Shown here: positions 27,118-37,197 of the stretch, in pieces
Layout: every line of letters starts with the position of its first letter
Position numbering within the stretch: the first letter of the stretch is position 1
Origin: a bacterium
GTDB taxonomy: Bacteria > RBG-13-61-14 > DATKZS01
Reading direction: 5' to 3'
Assembly: GCA_963674965.2 (NCBI GenBank)
Contig: CAXXFL010000005.1
Coordinates: 608,001 to 672,000, forward strand
Length of the DNA: 64,000 bases
Notes under the pieces: generated by a model
The model's input: only the letters and a program-made list of their open reading frames with translations
Database searches by the model: none
What the model was told of the DNA's origin: nothing
Made by a program: the position numbers and the translations under genes

Positions 27118-29430
27118 TCATGGGACCCGGACGCTTTTAACCTTTATATTCACGGTGGGATGGGAAAAAGAGGGGAAAGACTGATTTGTAAAATATACCC
27201 GGGAGGAGTCGTTGGACCAGTCGAACTTGTGATACCAGTTCATTATGGCGGCCCTTTCCACGACGCCGGATTCCGCGTCCAACACGTAAAGATCGCCGGC
27301 GATTATCCCCTTGATCATCATGCCATTGGGGGGGGGTTGCATGAAGGCCACCTTCTTTCCGTCGGGCGAGGCTTTCCAGTCACCCGCGGAAATAGGCTCG
27401 GGAAGAGGGTATGCCTTGGCCGCGTCGGACTTGTAGTCCAGCCGGATGAGGGAGGTGATGCGGTCGTTCTGGTCCTCGATGGCCGCCCAGATGTAAGACG
27501 ACCCTCGCGCCTGGATACTGGGCGCCAGCCACACGCCGCCAAGCTCCGTTATGGTCCGGGTCATGGGATACTTCTTGAAATCGTCGGGGTCCGCCACCAG
27601 AAAGCCCTTCTCTCCCCGGTTGACCAGGGCCAGGCGGCTTTGCGGGTCGAACCGTATGCTCTGGACCTCCTCGCCTCCCAGCTCGAGCGGATAGGTCTCG
27701 TCCGCGTCCGGCTTCTTGCGGAAAAGGAAGGCGTACGTGTCGATTCCCTCCTCCGGATTGGGCCTTTGGAACAGAACGGGCTGGTCGTTGACGTCGAACA
27801 TTTTAAAGACTTTCTTATTCCCCCTGGCCACCACGTCGAAGGTCTTCTGGCTCCAGAAGCTTGCCACGAAAAGGTCTTCCTGCCCTGGCGCCGTTTTAGA
27901 GAAAAACAATGGCTCCATAAAAGCAACCTTGGTTCCGCGCAAGGACCAGGGATCGAATGAACCGAATTGGCCTATAATCAAATCGGGACGGGAAATTAAG
28001 AACGTGGGAGTGAAAGAGTCGACATCTATAATGAAAAGGCTCATCAGGCTGCTACTTTCCAAAACGGACTTGACCATTAACTCGACGTCCTTACTTTTAA
28101 ACGCCTTATAGACTTCCGGAGAATCCGGCGTGTAGGTTATCGCGGTCAATATCATCTTGCCGCTATGAGACAGGGCGTCATCGGAGGTAATGGTTCCCCA
28201 GTATTTTCTTGGCCAGGCGGCCACGCTTCCGTTCCTTTTATCAACGCGGCTGTAGGTAAGCTGAAATTGACTTGGGGCGGTCATTGGCCGAAAAGGGACC
28301 GAAGCGGAGACGACAAGGTAATTGCCGCCGGTATTGATAAGCGAATTAACAAGGATATTGTCGGGAATGACCCCGATGGTTTCCTCGTTTCTTTCAGACG
28401 CAAACTCCAAACCAGCCAGTATGCCCAGCATGGCCGGAATGGAAACCATCCCCGCCAGCAGGTGGCGGCGAGTCAATATAGGAGGAAGCCAAACAAGGGC
28501 CGCTATTGCAAAGGCAAAAAAGCAATGGATCATGGCAATGGTAACGAAGTCTGACCCGTCGGGAAAGAAACCAAGCAACGGGGATGTAGAGGAAAACATA
28601 CAAAAGTATTGAAAAGCTTTAGCAGAACGAGACTTTTGAGAATCATTGAGAAAGAGTGCAAATAATATTATAAGCACTACTAAAAAAGTAAAGGTCGGGA
28701 GAAAAGGATTGAACAACCCAAACGCTAAGCATATTATGGCGAGGGTTAAAAAAAAAGCGCTGAGAAAAATTGCGATTATAATCGACGCCTTTCTTGTTTT
28801 ATTGAAATCCTTTTCACCACCCAGTTTATTTAAAAACTTCGCCGTCGCCTCCGTCTCTTGTGGCGCTCGATTCTTTAAGTATCTGAAGAAGGTCCGGCTA
28901 CCGGCGTTGATTCGGCCGGGACGGATCGTTTGATTGTCCGCAAGTATTATCTTTGCGCCTGACAGGATCGAGTAGTCCAGCTTCTTAAGGTCATTATAAT
29001 GAAAGCTCCAGCGCGGTCCGTGGACGGTCTCGGCAAGGCAGGTTATGGAGCGTATACGCGCGCCGAGAGATTCCGCCAGGTTAAAGATAAACCCGAAAGC
29101 CAGTGCACACATGATTGTAAAAGAGACGAGGGAGCTTCCCTGCCCGAGAAATGCAAGGTCGAGGGCCATAAAGGAAAGGAGGGCGGCCACGGTGAGGTAG
29201 CGGGGCCAGTTTTGTCCGGCCGTTTTGATTTTGGCTTTTTCCATGATCCTTTTGGCCAGGACCTTGGCGGCCGCGTTCACGGCGGCTTTTTCGGAAATCC
29301 CGCTTTGTACCATCTCCCTTATCATGGTCTCGGCCTCGGTCCTGGCGAGCCGCCGGGCCTCGTCCCGTTCGCGTCCGTATCTTTCCAGGGTTATGGCCGC
29401 GTCCTCGATTATTTTTTCAATTCTATGCAT
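27118..29430 (-). CDS. Multi-pass membrane protein with an N-terminal HAAS/permease-prefix-like helical domain and a C-terminal TolB-like beta-propeller
   Basis: N-terminal ..MVQSGISEKAAVNAA; several TM helices; propeller-type repeats WSLRGTKVAF, FDPQSRLAL, ASPDGKKVAF, WSNDSSRVYF. Confidence 0.65.
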   Translation of the reverse strand: MHRIEKIIEDAAITLERYGRERDEARRLARTEAETMIREMVQSGISEKAAVNAAAKVLAKRIMEKAKIKTAGQNWPRYLTVAALLSFMALDLAFLGQGSSLVSFTIMCALAFGFIFNLAESLGARIRSITCLAETVHGPRWSFHYNDLKKLDYSILSGAKIILADNQTIRPGRINAGSRTFFRYLKNRAPQETEATAKFLNKLGGEKDFNKTRKASIIIAIFLSAFFLTLAIICLAFGLFNPFLPTFTFLVVLIILFALFLNDSQKSRSAKAFQYFCMFSSTSPLLGFFPDGSDFVTIAMIHCFFAFAIAALVWLPPILTRRHLLAGMVSIPAMLGILAGLEFASERNEETIGVIPDNILVNSLINTGGNYLVVSASVPFRPMTAPSQFQLTYSRVDKRNGSVAAWPRKYWGTITSDDALSHSGKMILTAITYTPDSPEVYKAFKSKDVELMVKSVLESSSLMSLFIIDVDSFTPTFLISRPDLIIGQFGSFDPWSLRGTKVAFMEPLFFSKTAPGQEDLFVASFWSQKTFDVVARGNKKVFKMFDVNDQPVLFQRPNPEEGIDTYAFLFRKKPDADETYPLELGGEEVQSIRFDPQSRLALVNRGEKGFLVADPDDFKKYPMTRTITELGGVWLAPSIQARGSSYIWAAIEDQNDRITSLIRLDYKSDAAKAYPLPEPISAGDWKASPDGKKVAFMQPPPNGMMIKGIIAGDLYVLDAESGVVERAAIMNWYHKFDWSNDSSRVYFTNQSFPSFSHPTVNIKVKSVRVP

Positions 29431-29541
29431 GCTCTTCTAAAATCTCCCGCCTAAATGTTATCATAGGGCGCGGGGGTTTTGCATATGTCCTTTTCATTCA
29501 TACGGCCTTTGGCCCCCAAGCAACTTGCAAGGAGGTAATCG

Positions 29542-30540
29542 ATGTCGAACACGCGTACGAACATGCCCTGGGACGCGACCCAGATCAAGATCAAGAACCC
29601 GCTTCGAGGCATAGGCGTTCTTCTCGTCATTCTGGCGATCCTTTTCGTCATCACCGGTTTCAAGCAGATGATGTTCACTATCGACCAGGACTCGGTGGGG
29701 CTGGTGCTCCGTTTCGGCCATCTCGACCGTGAGGTGGGTCCGGGTCTTCACTTCAAGGCGCCCTACGGTATCGAGGACGTGGAGGAGATAGCCGTCCAGA
29801 GTCAGAAAAAGGAGGAGTTCGGGTTCCGCACCCTCAAGTCGGGCGTTCGCACCCAGTACGACAAGCAGGGCTTCGAGGCGGAGTCGATCATGCTCACGGG
29901 CGACCTGAACTCGGTGGACGTTCAATGGGTGGTGCAGTACCGGATCACGGACCCCTACAAGTATCTGTTCAAGGTGAGGAACGTGAACGAGACCTTTCGC
30001 GATATCAACGAGGCGACCATGCGGGAGATCATTGGGGACAGGTCGGTGGACGAGGTCATCACCTGGGGCAAGGAGGAAATCAACCGGGAGGCCCTCAAAA
30101 GGCTCCAGGAAAAATGCGACCAGTACGAGACGGGCGTCACCATCCAGGTGGTCCTCCTCCAGAACGTCAACGTCCCGCCCCCGGTGCAGCCGTCGTGGAA
30201 CGAGGTCAACGCCGCCGAGCAGGAAAGGGACAAGCTGATCAACCAGGCCCGGGCCATGTACAACACCGAGGTACCCAAGGCCAAGGGCGAGGCCGAGCGC
30301 TCGATCAAGGAGGCGGAGGGCTACGCCATCGAGCGGGTCAACCACGCCCTGGGCGTGAGCGGCAAGTTCAATCAGGTATACGAGGAATACGCCAAGGCGC
30401 CCGAGGTCACGCGTCGGCGGATTTACCTCGAGACCATGGCCGAGGTCATCCCCAAGGCGGGCCGCAAGATCATCGTGGACTCGGAGGAAAAAGGCCTGCT
30501 CCAGTTCCTTGACGTGGGCGCGGCGGGAGGTGGGCAATGA
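29542..30540 (+). CDS. hflK: FtsH protease modulator HflK
   Basis: SPFH domain (VLRFG...PGLHFK.P, MLTGD.N.VDVQW.VQYRI.DP), P.A.GEA...EAEGY, Y.KAPEVTRRRIYLETM. Confidence 0.95.
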   Translation: MSNTRTNMPWDATQIKIKNPLRGIGVLLVILAILFVITGFKQMMFTIDQDSVGLVLRFGHLDREVGPGLHFKAPYGIEDVEEIAVQSQKKEEFGFRTLKSGVRTQYDKQGFEAESIMLTGDLNSVDVQWVVQYRITDPYKYLFKVRNVNETFRDINEATMREIIGDRSVDEVITWGKEEINREALKRLQEKCDQYETGVTIQVVLLQNVNVPPPVQPSWNEVNAAEQERDKLINQARAMYNTEVPKAKGEAERSIKEAEGYAIERVNHALGVSGKFNQVYEEYAKAPEVTRRRIYLETMAEVIPKAGRKIIVDSEEKGLLQFLDVGAAGGGQ

Positions 30541-31466
30541 AAAAGCTTGGCGCGGTCATGATCGGTCTGTTGGTCGTGCTGTTCCTGGCGACCGTTTTCA
30601 GCGGTCTTTACACCATCCGGGAGGACCAGCAGGTAATTATCACCCAGTTCCAGGCGCCGGTGGGAGACCCCATTACCGAGGCGGGCCTGCACTGGAAAGT
30701 CCCCTTTATCCAGGAGGCCAACTACTTTGACAAGCGCTGGCTCGAGTGGGACGGGGAGCCCAACCAGAAGCCGACGCTGGACAAGAAATACATCTGGGTC
30801 GATACCTACGCCAGGTGGCGCATCGCGGAACCGAAGTTGTTTTTTATGCGGGTCAAGAACGAGGAAGGGGCCCAGGCGCGCCTGGACTACATCCTCGATG
30901 GCCAGACGCGGGAGGCCATATCCAAGTACAAGTTGCTCGAGATAGTGAGAAGCGAGAACCGGGAGTTCGTGGTGCCCGACGACTTTGACGACTCGGAGGG
31001 CAAGGCCAAGTCCGAGACCATCGAGCACGGCCGGGCGGCGATCATGGCGGACATATTGAAGGCGGCCAAGCCGGCGGCGGCCGAGAGCGGCATCGAACTG
31101 GTGGACGTCCGTATCAAAAGGATCAACTACATCCCCGACGTAAGGACCAAGGTTTACGAGCGGATGATATTCGAGCGCAAAAGGATCGCCGAGAAGTACC
31201 GCTCCGAGGGCAAGGGCGAGTCGGAGAAGATACTGGGAGACATGGAGAAGGAGTTGAAAAGGATTCAGAGCGAGGCCTTCAAGCGCTCCCAGGAGATCAT
31301 CGGCGAGGCCGACGCCAAGGCCACGAAAATTTACGCCGAGGCCTACAGCAAGGACCCCGAGTTTTACGCCTTCTGGAAGTCCATGGAGACCTTTAAGGAA
31401 ACCATCGGCAAGGATACCTGGCTCATCCTCGGCACCGAGGGCGAGATGTACAAGTACATCAAATAG
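30537..31466 (+). CDS. hflC: FtsH protease modulator HflC
   Basis: GLHWK.PFIQ, T.DKK.I.VD.YARWRI, DVRIKRI, VY.RM..ER..IA..YRSEG, AY.KDPEFY.F.KSM; ATGA overlap with hflK. Confidence 0.95.
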   Translation: MKKLGAVMIGLLVVLFLATVFSGLYTIREDQQVIITQFQAPVGDPITEAGLHWKVPFIQEANYFDKRWLEWDGEPNQKPTLDKKYIWVDTYARWRIAEPKLFFMRVKNEEGAQARLDYILDGQTREAISKYKLLEIVRSENREFVVPDDFDDSEGKAKSETIEHGRAAIMADILKAAKPAAAESGIELVDVRIKRINYIPDVRTKVYERMIFERKRIAEKYRSEGKGESEKILGDMEKELKRIQSEAFKRSQEIIGEADAKATKIYAEAYSKDPEFYAFWKSMETFKETIGKDTWLILGTEGEMYKYIK

Positions 31467-31534
31467 GGGAAATTGCGCGGTCCCTTTTTACAGGGCGCGA
31501 GGAAAAGTAGAAGAAATAGAAGGAGGAATTTATC

Positions 31535-32134
31535 ATGGCCACGCTGGCGGAATTATTGGACAATCCCGGCGTCAGACTGGACGCGGTAACCATGCACCTT
31601 GACAAGCTAAATCACACGGAAAGGATCGGCCAGGTCGTCGCGTTGAATAAAAAGCAGCAGATGAAACTCTGGGACATAGCCGAGAGGTCCAGGCCCATGA
31701 CCCTCGAGTACCTGGTCCCCAAGACGGCCGGCCCTCTCGAGGCCTTTCCCTTCGAGGGCAAAAACTCCCTGCCCCTTTTCACGCGCTTTCAAAAGGTATT
31801 CTACCTGGACCACGACGGGAACGTGTGCGGCTATAACAACCAGAAGCTTTCCTGGTTCACCGGTCCCGGATATTACGTGACCCAGCTTAACCCCAAGGCG
31901 GAGGAGTACGAGCTGCAGGTGGATTACACGCGTCCGCCAAAGGAGCACCCCGCGGGATGGCCCGAGATCAAGTCCAATGACGTCTTTCCCAGCATGTTCA
32001 TCTACGGGGGCACGCGGGACAACCTGCGCTGGGTCTCGAAGGACGTGGTCATAGGCAGGGCCTTCAAGATGGGGGAGGACCCCATGCCCAACTGGTTCGT
32101 GCTCTGCCGGGCCCAACCGGCGCCCTCCGAGTAA
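31535..32134 (+). CDS. Hypothetical protein
   Basis: 199-aa ORF with AGGAGG RBS and host-like codon usage. Confidence 0.8.
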   Translation: MATLAELLDNPGVRLDAVTMHLDKLNHTERIGQVVALNKKQQMKLWDIAERSRPMTLEYLVPKTAGPLEAFPFEGKNSLPLFTRFQKVFYLDHDGNVCGYNNQKLSWFTGPGYYVTQLNPKAEEYELQVDYTRPPKEHPAGWPEIKSNDVFPSMFIYGGTRDNLRWVSKDVVIGRAFKMGEDPMPNWFVLCRAQPAPSE

Positions 32135-32137
32135 CAA

Positions 32138-32178
32138 AAGGCGCTCCGCCGCCCGGCTTTCGGGAGGTGGAGCGCCTT
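32138..32178. terminator. Hairpin/terminator between convergent genes (U-tract on the leuB strand)
   Basis: AAGGCGCTCCGCC...GGTGGAGCGCCTT; the minus strand ends in CCTTTTGTT. Confidence 0.75.
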
Positions 32179-32197
32179 GTCCAATTATTGGCCGCTA

Positions 32198-33268
32198 TTA
32201 AATTCCATCTTTCACGTACGTGGCCACCAGGTCGCCCACCTCGGAGGTGGACATGCCCATCTTGCCCGCGCCCATGTCGGCCAGGTCGTCCTTGATGGAC
32301 TTCATGATGGCCCGCTCGACGGCCCGGGCCGCTTCCGCCTCCCCGAGGTGATCGAGCATCATCTGGGCCGCGGCGATGGCGGCCATGGGATTGATCACCC
32401 CCTTGCCCGTGTACTTGGGAGCGCTGCCGCCGATGGGCTCGAACATGGACACGCCCTCCGGGTTCAGGTTTCCGCCCGCGGCTATGCCCATGCCTCCCTG
32501 GATCATGGCCCCCAGGTCGGTGATGATGTCCCCGAACATGTTGTCCGTCACGATCACGTCGAACCACTCGGGGTTCTTGACCATCCACATGCAGATGGCG
32601 TCCACGTGGGCGTAGTCGGTTTTTATGTCGGGATACTCCCTGGCCACCTCGTAGAAGGTCCGCTCCCACAGGTCGAAGCCGTAAGTAAGGACGTTGGTCT
32701 TGCCGCAAAGGGTGACCTTTTTCTCCTTGTCCCGCTTCTTGCAGTACTCGAAGGCGTAGCGCACGCAGCGCTCGACGCCCTTCCTGGTGTTGATCGAGGT
32801 CTGGATGGCCACCTCGTCGGGGGTCCCCTTTTTGAGGAAACCGCCCGAGCCGGCGTAAAGGCCCTCCGTGTTTTCCCTTACCACCACGAAGTCGATTTCC
32901 TCGGGACCCTTGTCCTTGAGCGGAGTATAGACGCCCTCGTAGAGCTTGACCGGCCGCAGGTTTATGTACTGGTCAAGCTCGAAGCGGGTGCGCAAGAGAA
33001 GGCCCTTTTCGAGGACGCCGGGCTTGACGTCGGGATGGCCGATGGCGCCCAGGTAGATGGCCTGGAATTTTCTCAACTCCTCCAGCTCCTCGTCGGGCAG
33101 TATGTCCCCCGTCTTCAGGTACCTTTCGCCGCCAAGGTCGAAATCTTTGAACTCGAACTCGATTTTAAAGCGAGACTTGACGGCCTCGAGGGTCTTGAGT
33201 CCCTGCTCGACCACCTCGGGTCCCGTGCCGTCTCCCGGCATTACCGCTATCTTGTATTTATTTCCCAT
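32198..33268 (-). CDS. leuB: 3-isopropylmalate dehydrogenase
   Basis: [48 protein letters not shown]; adjacent to leuD. Confidence 0.92.
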   Translation of the reverse strand: MGNKYKIAVMPGDGTGPEVVEQGLKTLEAVKSRFKIEFEFKDFDLGGERYLKTGDILPDEELEELRKFQAIYLGAIGHPDVKPGVLEKGLLLRTRFELDQYINLRPVKLYEGVYTPLKDKGPEEIDFVVVRENTEGLYAGSGGFLKKGTPDEVAIQTSINTRKGVERCVRYAFEYCKKRDKEKKVTLCGKTNVLTYGFDLWERTFYEVAREYPDIKTDYAHVDAICMWMVKNPEWFDVIVTDNMFGDIITDLGAMIQGGMGIAAGGNLNPEGVSMFEPIGGSAPKYTGKGVINPMAAIAAAQMMLDHLGEAEAARAVERAIMKSIKDDLADMGAGKMGMSTSEVGDLVATYVKDGI

Positions 33269-33340
33269 CCCTCGTTTCGGTCCAATCCTTCGGACCTTCT
33301 CCTTTCCCCGCGTTTATTCAAGGCATGAATCGCGGGCCGA

Positions 33341-34057
33341 TCAATCCTCTTCTTCCTCGTCGTCCTCGTCCTCTTCCCCCGCCTCGAGTTCCTCCTCGGC
33401 GGAGGGAGGGGAGGCGTCATCCTCGTCGTCTCCCCAGGGAGCCGCCACGCTGGGGTCCCGGCTTTCCTTCTCGAGGGCGATCATCCTGGCTCCCGGCTCG
33501 TTTTGCTCCTCTTCCTCCTCGACCTCGGGCTTGGCCTCGCCGGGGGAGGACGAGTCGAAAGTCGCGCCCGAGGCGATCAGCTTCTTGACGTGGTTGATAA
33601 GGCCGCCGGCGGCCACCAGCTCCCGCATGAATTCGGGCAGTGGCTGGGCCGAGTACTCGGCGCCCTTGGTCAGGTCCTTGATGGTCCCGCTCGCGAAGTC
33701 GACCTCGATCTCGTCTCCCGCCTCGATGCCCTCGGAGGCCTCGGCGCTCTCGAGGATGGGAAGACCGATGTTAAAGCTGTTCCTGAAAAAGATGCGGGCG
33801 AAGCTCTTGGCGATGACGCCGGACACGCCCGCCGCCTTGATCGAGATGGGAGCGTGCTCGCGGCTCGATCCGCACCCGAAGTTCGAGCCCGCCACGATAA
33901 AGTCGCCTTTACTTACGCTTTTGGCGAACTGGGGATCGGCGTCCTCCATGCAGTATTCCTTGAGTACCTCGGGGTCGGACGAGGTCAGGCGGCGAGCGGG
34001 AATGATCACGTCCGTGTCGACGTCGTCTCCGAATCTCCAGGCTTTTCCTTTTTCCAT
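33341..34057 (-). CDS. leuD: 3-isopropylmalate dehydratase small subunit with an acidic C-terminal extension
   Basis: FGDDVDTDVIIPAR, NFGCGSSREHAP, AKSFARIFFRN..N.GLP, AAGGL, then about 70 extra acidic residues. Confidence 0.92.
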   Translation of the reverse strand: MEKGKAWRFGDDVDTDVIIPARRLTSSDPEVLKEYCMEDADPQFAKSVSKGDFIVAGSNFGCGSSREHAPISIKAAGVSGVIAKSFARIFFRNSFNIGLPILESAEASEGIEAGDEIEVDFASGTIKDLTKGAEYSAQPLPEFMRELVAAGGLINHVKKLIASGATFDSSSPGEAKPEVEEEEEQNEPGARMIALEKESRDPSVAAPWGDDEDDASPPSAEEELEAGEEDEDDEEEED

Positions 34058-34160
34058 TTTTTTCTCCCTTTCCCGGGGGAGCCATAAGCCGGCTCCCGGC
34101 CGGGCGGTTCGATTTACTTCTTTACTTTAAACGTCGTTCATAGCCATTTCGCCTTAGGGG

Positions 34161-37016
34161 TCAGGCGGATTTTCCCAGTACCTCGGCGCAGCGGGGGCAA
34201 ATCTCGGATTTTCCTTCCCCCACCTCCTCGGAGTAAAACCAGCAGCGCGGGCACTTCTCGCCGGGGGCCTTCTCGAGTTTTATCTTGAGTCCCTCGATCT
34301 CCGCGCTTTCCACCGCCTCTCCCTCGAGGTCGTCCACCAGCGCGAGGCTCGAGACGCGAAAGAGCCTGGCCAGCGTCTCGCCGCCGCCCAGTCCGTTCTC
34401 GATCGAGCGAAGGAACTCCATGTCCTGGCCGGACGCGCTTATATAGGCGCGGGCGTCGTTGGGATGGCCCACCAGCTTGCTCTTCTGGGCCAGGTCCACC
34501 ACCTTGTTGACCTCCTCCTGGAAGGCCAGCGCCCTGGCGACTTTGTTTTCCAGCTCCTGGTCGAGAAGGGAGTCGTCAAGCTCGGGGAAATTAAGACAAT
34601 GCACGCTTTTCATCGACTCGTCCTTGCCCGGCGTGAAATCCCTTACCTCCTCCGCCGTGTAGGCCAGGACCGGGGCCATGAGACGGGTGATCGAGTCCAG
34701 GGCCATGTAGATGGCGGTCTGGGCGCTCCTTCTCGGTTTCCCGTCCGGCGTCTCGCAGTATAGCCTGTCCCGGACCAGATCGAAATAAAGGGCCGAAAGG
34801 TCCACGGTGCAAAGCTGGTTAAGGCCGTGATAGATGTGATGGAACTCCCATTTCTCGTAGGCCTTGAGAGCTTTCCTTTTAAAGCGCTCGACCCTCGAGA
34901 GCATCCAGCGGTCGAGGGGCAAAAGCTCGGATACCTCTATCGAGTCGGAGGCGGGATCGAAATCCTTCAAGTTGCCCAGCATGTAGCGCAGGGTGTTGCG
35001 GACCTTCCTGTACGTCTGGCTGATGCCGCGAAGAATCTCGGGCGAGACCTTGACGTCGTTCCGGAAATTCTCCGAGGCCACCCACATCCTCAGCACCTCG
35101 GCGCCGAAGTCCTTGATCAGCACGTCCATGGGTATGTAGTTGCCCGAGGACTTCGAGTATTTCTTGCCCTCCGCGTCCACGGTGTAGCCGTGGGTAAGGA
35201 CTATTTTATAGGGCGCGTGTCCCCTTGTTCCCACCGCGCAAAGCAGGCTCGAGTGGAACCAGCCCCGGTGCTGGTCGGACCCCTCCAGGTACATGTCGCA
35301 GGGGCTGCCCAGGTAGTCCCTTTCCTCGCACACGCAGGCGAAGCTGACGCCAGAGTCGAACCAGACGTCCAGGATGGCGTTGTCCTTGTTGAAGTCCCGG
35401 CCGCCGCACTTCTTGCACCGGGTCCCGGCCGGAAGCAGCTCGGATGGACCCATGGTATACCAGGCGTCGGCCCCGCGTTCCTCGAAGATATCGGCCACGT
35501 GGAAGATCACCTCGGACTCGATAAGGACCTCGCCGCAGCCCTCGCAATGGAAGGCCACGATGGGAACGCCCCATACCCGCTGCCTGGAGATGCACCAGTC
35601 CGGCCGGTTCTCGATCATGCCGTAAATGCGCTCCTCGCCCCAGGGCGGGTCCCACTGGCATTTCCGTATCTCGGCCAGGGCCTTGTCGCGAAGGCCATCG
35701 TGCTCCATGCCGATGAACCACTGGGGCGTGGCGCGGGAGAGGACCGGCTCCTTGCCCGTCGACCCGTCCGGCCTTTTATGGGGACGCCAGCAGTTGGGGT
35801 ACTCGTGCTGGTAATTCTCCTTGTGCATGAGATGGTCCATCTCATCGAGCTTGGCGATCACGTTTTTATTGGCGTCGAACACGAACTGGCCGGCGAAGAA
35901 CTCGACGTCGTCCGTGAACTTTCCCTCCTCGTCCACGGGAGAGTAAATGGGAATGTTGTAACGAACTCCCGTTTCATAGTCGTCGCGGCCGTGTCCCGGG
36001 GCCGTGTGCACGCAGCCGGTCCCGGCCTCGAGGGTCACGTAGTCGGCCGTCACCAAAAGGGAGTCGCGGCCGTAGAGCGGGTGGAGCGCGACCAGTCCCT
36101 CGAACTCCGAGCCTTTAAAGCGGCCCACTATCTCGCGTCCCTCCATCCCCGCGGCCTCGAACACCGAGTTGGCCAGGCCCTCGGCGATAACGTAAACCTC
36201 GCCTTTCCAGGCGGCCAGCACGTAGTCGAAATCCGGGTGCAGGGCGATGGCCATGTTGCCGGGTATGGTCCAGGGCGTGGTGGTCCAGATGATGAAGTAG
36301 AGCTTGCCCTTTTCCCGGACGATCTTCTTCAGGGCGTCCTTGATTTTGCCGTCCCCGCCTTTGTCCGGGTCCCAGGGAAAGCGGACGTAAATCGAGGGCG
36401 ACGAATGCACGTCGTACTCGAGCTCGGCCTCGGCCAGGGCCGTCTTGTGGTAAGGACACCACCACACGGGCTTGTCCGCCCTGTACACGGACCCCGCCTT
36501 CACGAACTTGCCCAGCTCGCGGGCGATGTTGGCCTCGTAGCGGTAGGTCATGGTCACGTAAGGGTTCTCCCATTCTCCCAGGACCAGCATGCGCTTGAAC
36601 TCGTCGCGCTGGATATCGATGAACTTCTCCGCGTACCGGCGGCAAAGGCGCCTTTTCTCCGCCGAGTCGACCTCGTCCTTTTTCGCCCCCAACTCGACGT
36701 CCACCTGGTGCTCGATGGGAAGGCCGTGGCAGTCCCATCCCGGCACGTAGGGCGAGAGGCGCCCGGCCATGGACTTGCTTTTTACTATCATGTCCTTGAT
36801 GATCTTGTTCATGGCCGTGCCCAGGTGGATGTTGCCGTTGGCGTAAGGAGGGCCGTCATGCAAAACGAATTTCGGGTCCTTGGCGTGGACCTTTAAAATT
36901 TCCTCGTATACCTTGTCTTTTTCCCACCGCTCGACCATTTTAGGTTCGTTTTCACTGAGCTTGGCCTTCATGGCGAAGCTCGTTCCCGGCAGGTTTAACG
37001 TGTCTTTATAGTCCAT
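34161..37016 (-). CDS. ileS: Isoleucine--tRNA ligase (type 1, C-terminal zinc finger)
   Basis: MDYKDTLNLP.T.F.MKA, LHDGPPYANG, PGWDCHGLPIE, WTTTPWT, DWCISRQR.WG, EGSDQHRGWF, C-terminal CPRCW..CPRC. Confidence 0.97.
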   Translation of the reverse strand: MDYKDTLNLPGTSFAMKAKLSENEPKMVERWEKDKVYEEILKVHAKDPKFVLHDGPPYANGNIHLGTAMNKIIKDMIVKSKSMAGRLSPYVPGWDCHGLPIEHQVDVELGAKKDEVDSAEKRRLCRRYAEKFIDIQRDEFKRMLVLGEWENPYVTMTYRYEANIARELGKFVKAGSVYRADKPVWWCPYHKTALAEAELEYDVHSSPSIYVRFPWDPDKGGDGKIKDALKKIVREKGKLYFIIWTTTPWTIPGNMAIALHPDFDYVLAAWKGEVYVIAEGLANSVFEAAGMEGREIVGRFKGSEFEGLVALHPLYGRDSLLVTADYVTLEAGTGCVHTAPGHGRDDYETGVRYNIPIYSPVDEEGKFTDDVEFFAGQFVFDANKNVIAKLDEMDHLMHKENYQHEYPNCWRPHKRPDGSTGKEPVLSRATPQWFIGMEHDGLRDKALAEIRKCQWDPPWGEERIYGMIENRPDWCISRQRVWGVPIVAFHCEGCGEVLIESEVIFHVADIFEERGADAWYTMGPSELLPAGTRCKKCGGRDFNKDNAILDVWFDSGVSFACVCEERDYLGSPCDMYLEGSDQHRGWFHSSLLCAVGTRGHAPYKIVLTHGYTVDAEGKKYSKSSGNYIPMDVLIKDFGAEVLRMWVASENFRNDVKVSPEILRGISQTYRKVRNTLRYMLGNLKDFDPASDSIEVSELLPLDRWMLSRVERFKRKALKAYEKWEFHHIYHGLNQLCTVDLSALYFDLVRDRLYCETPDGKPRRSAQTAIYMALDSITRLMAPVLAYTAEEVRDFTPGKDESMKSVHCLNFPELDDSLLDQELENKVARALAFQEEVNKVVDLAQKSKLVGHPNDARAYISASGQDMEFLRSIENGLGGGETLARLFRVSSLALVDDLEGEAVESAEIEGLKIKLEKAPGEKCPRCWFYSEEVGEGKSEICPRCAEVLGKSA

Positions 37017-37096
37017 TTTTTCACCTTTATTCATATATCCAATTAGCTTTGTATGTGGTAGCCGCTAAGGGAAACGGCGGTCGGGGCGCGGCCCCC

Positions 37097-37189
37097 CTAC
37101 CGCCCCGTCAAGGTAAGAAGGAGCGCGTCAATGACGCGCGGACGGAACTTGCCGTCCGCGTAAGACCTCACCATCCGGTAATGGTTCAT
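37097..37189 (-). CDS. Candidate 30-aa leader peptide (MNHYRMVRSYADGKFRPRVIDALLLTLTGR) of the ileS-leuD-leuB unit
   Basis: ATG lies 8 nt after the -10 box; Val-Ile and Leu-Leu-Leu-Thr-Leu cluster just before the stop; overlapping hairpins. Confidence 0.55.
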   Translation of the reverse strand: MNHYRMVRSYADGKFRPRVIDALLLTLTGR

Positions 37190-37197
37190 GGCCAAAT

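Noticed and set aside
34827-36896. 689-aa plus-strand ORF inside ileS
   Set aside because: Antisense shadow of a conserved housekeeping gene.
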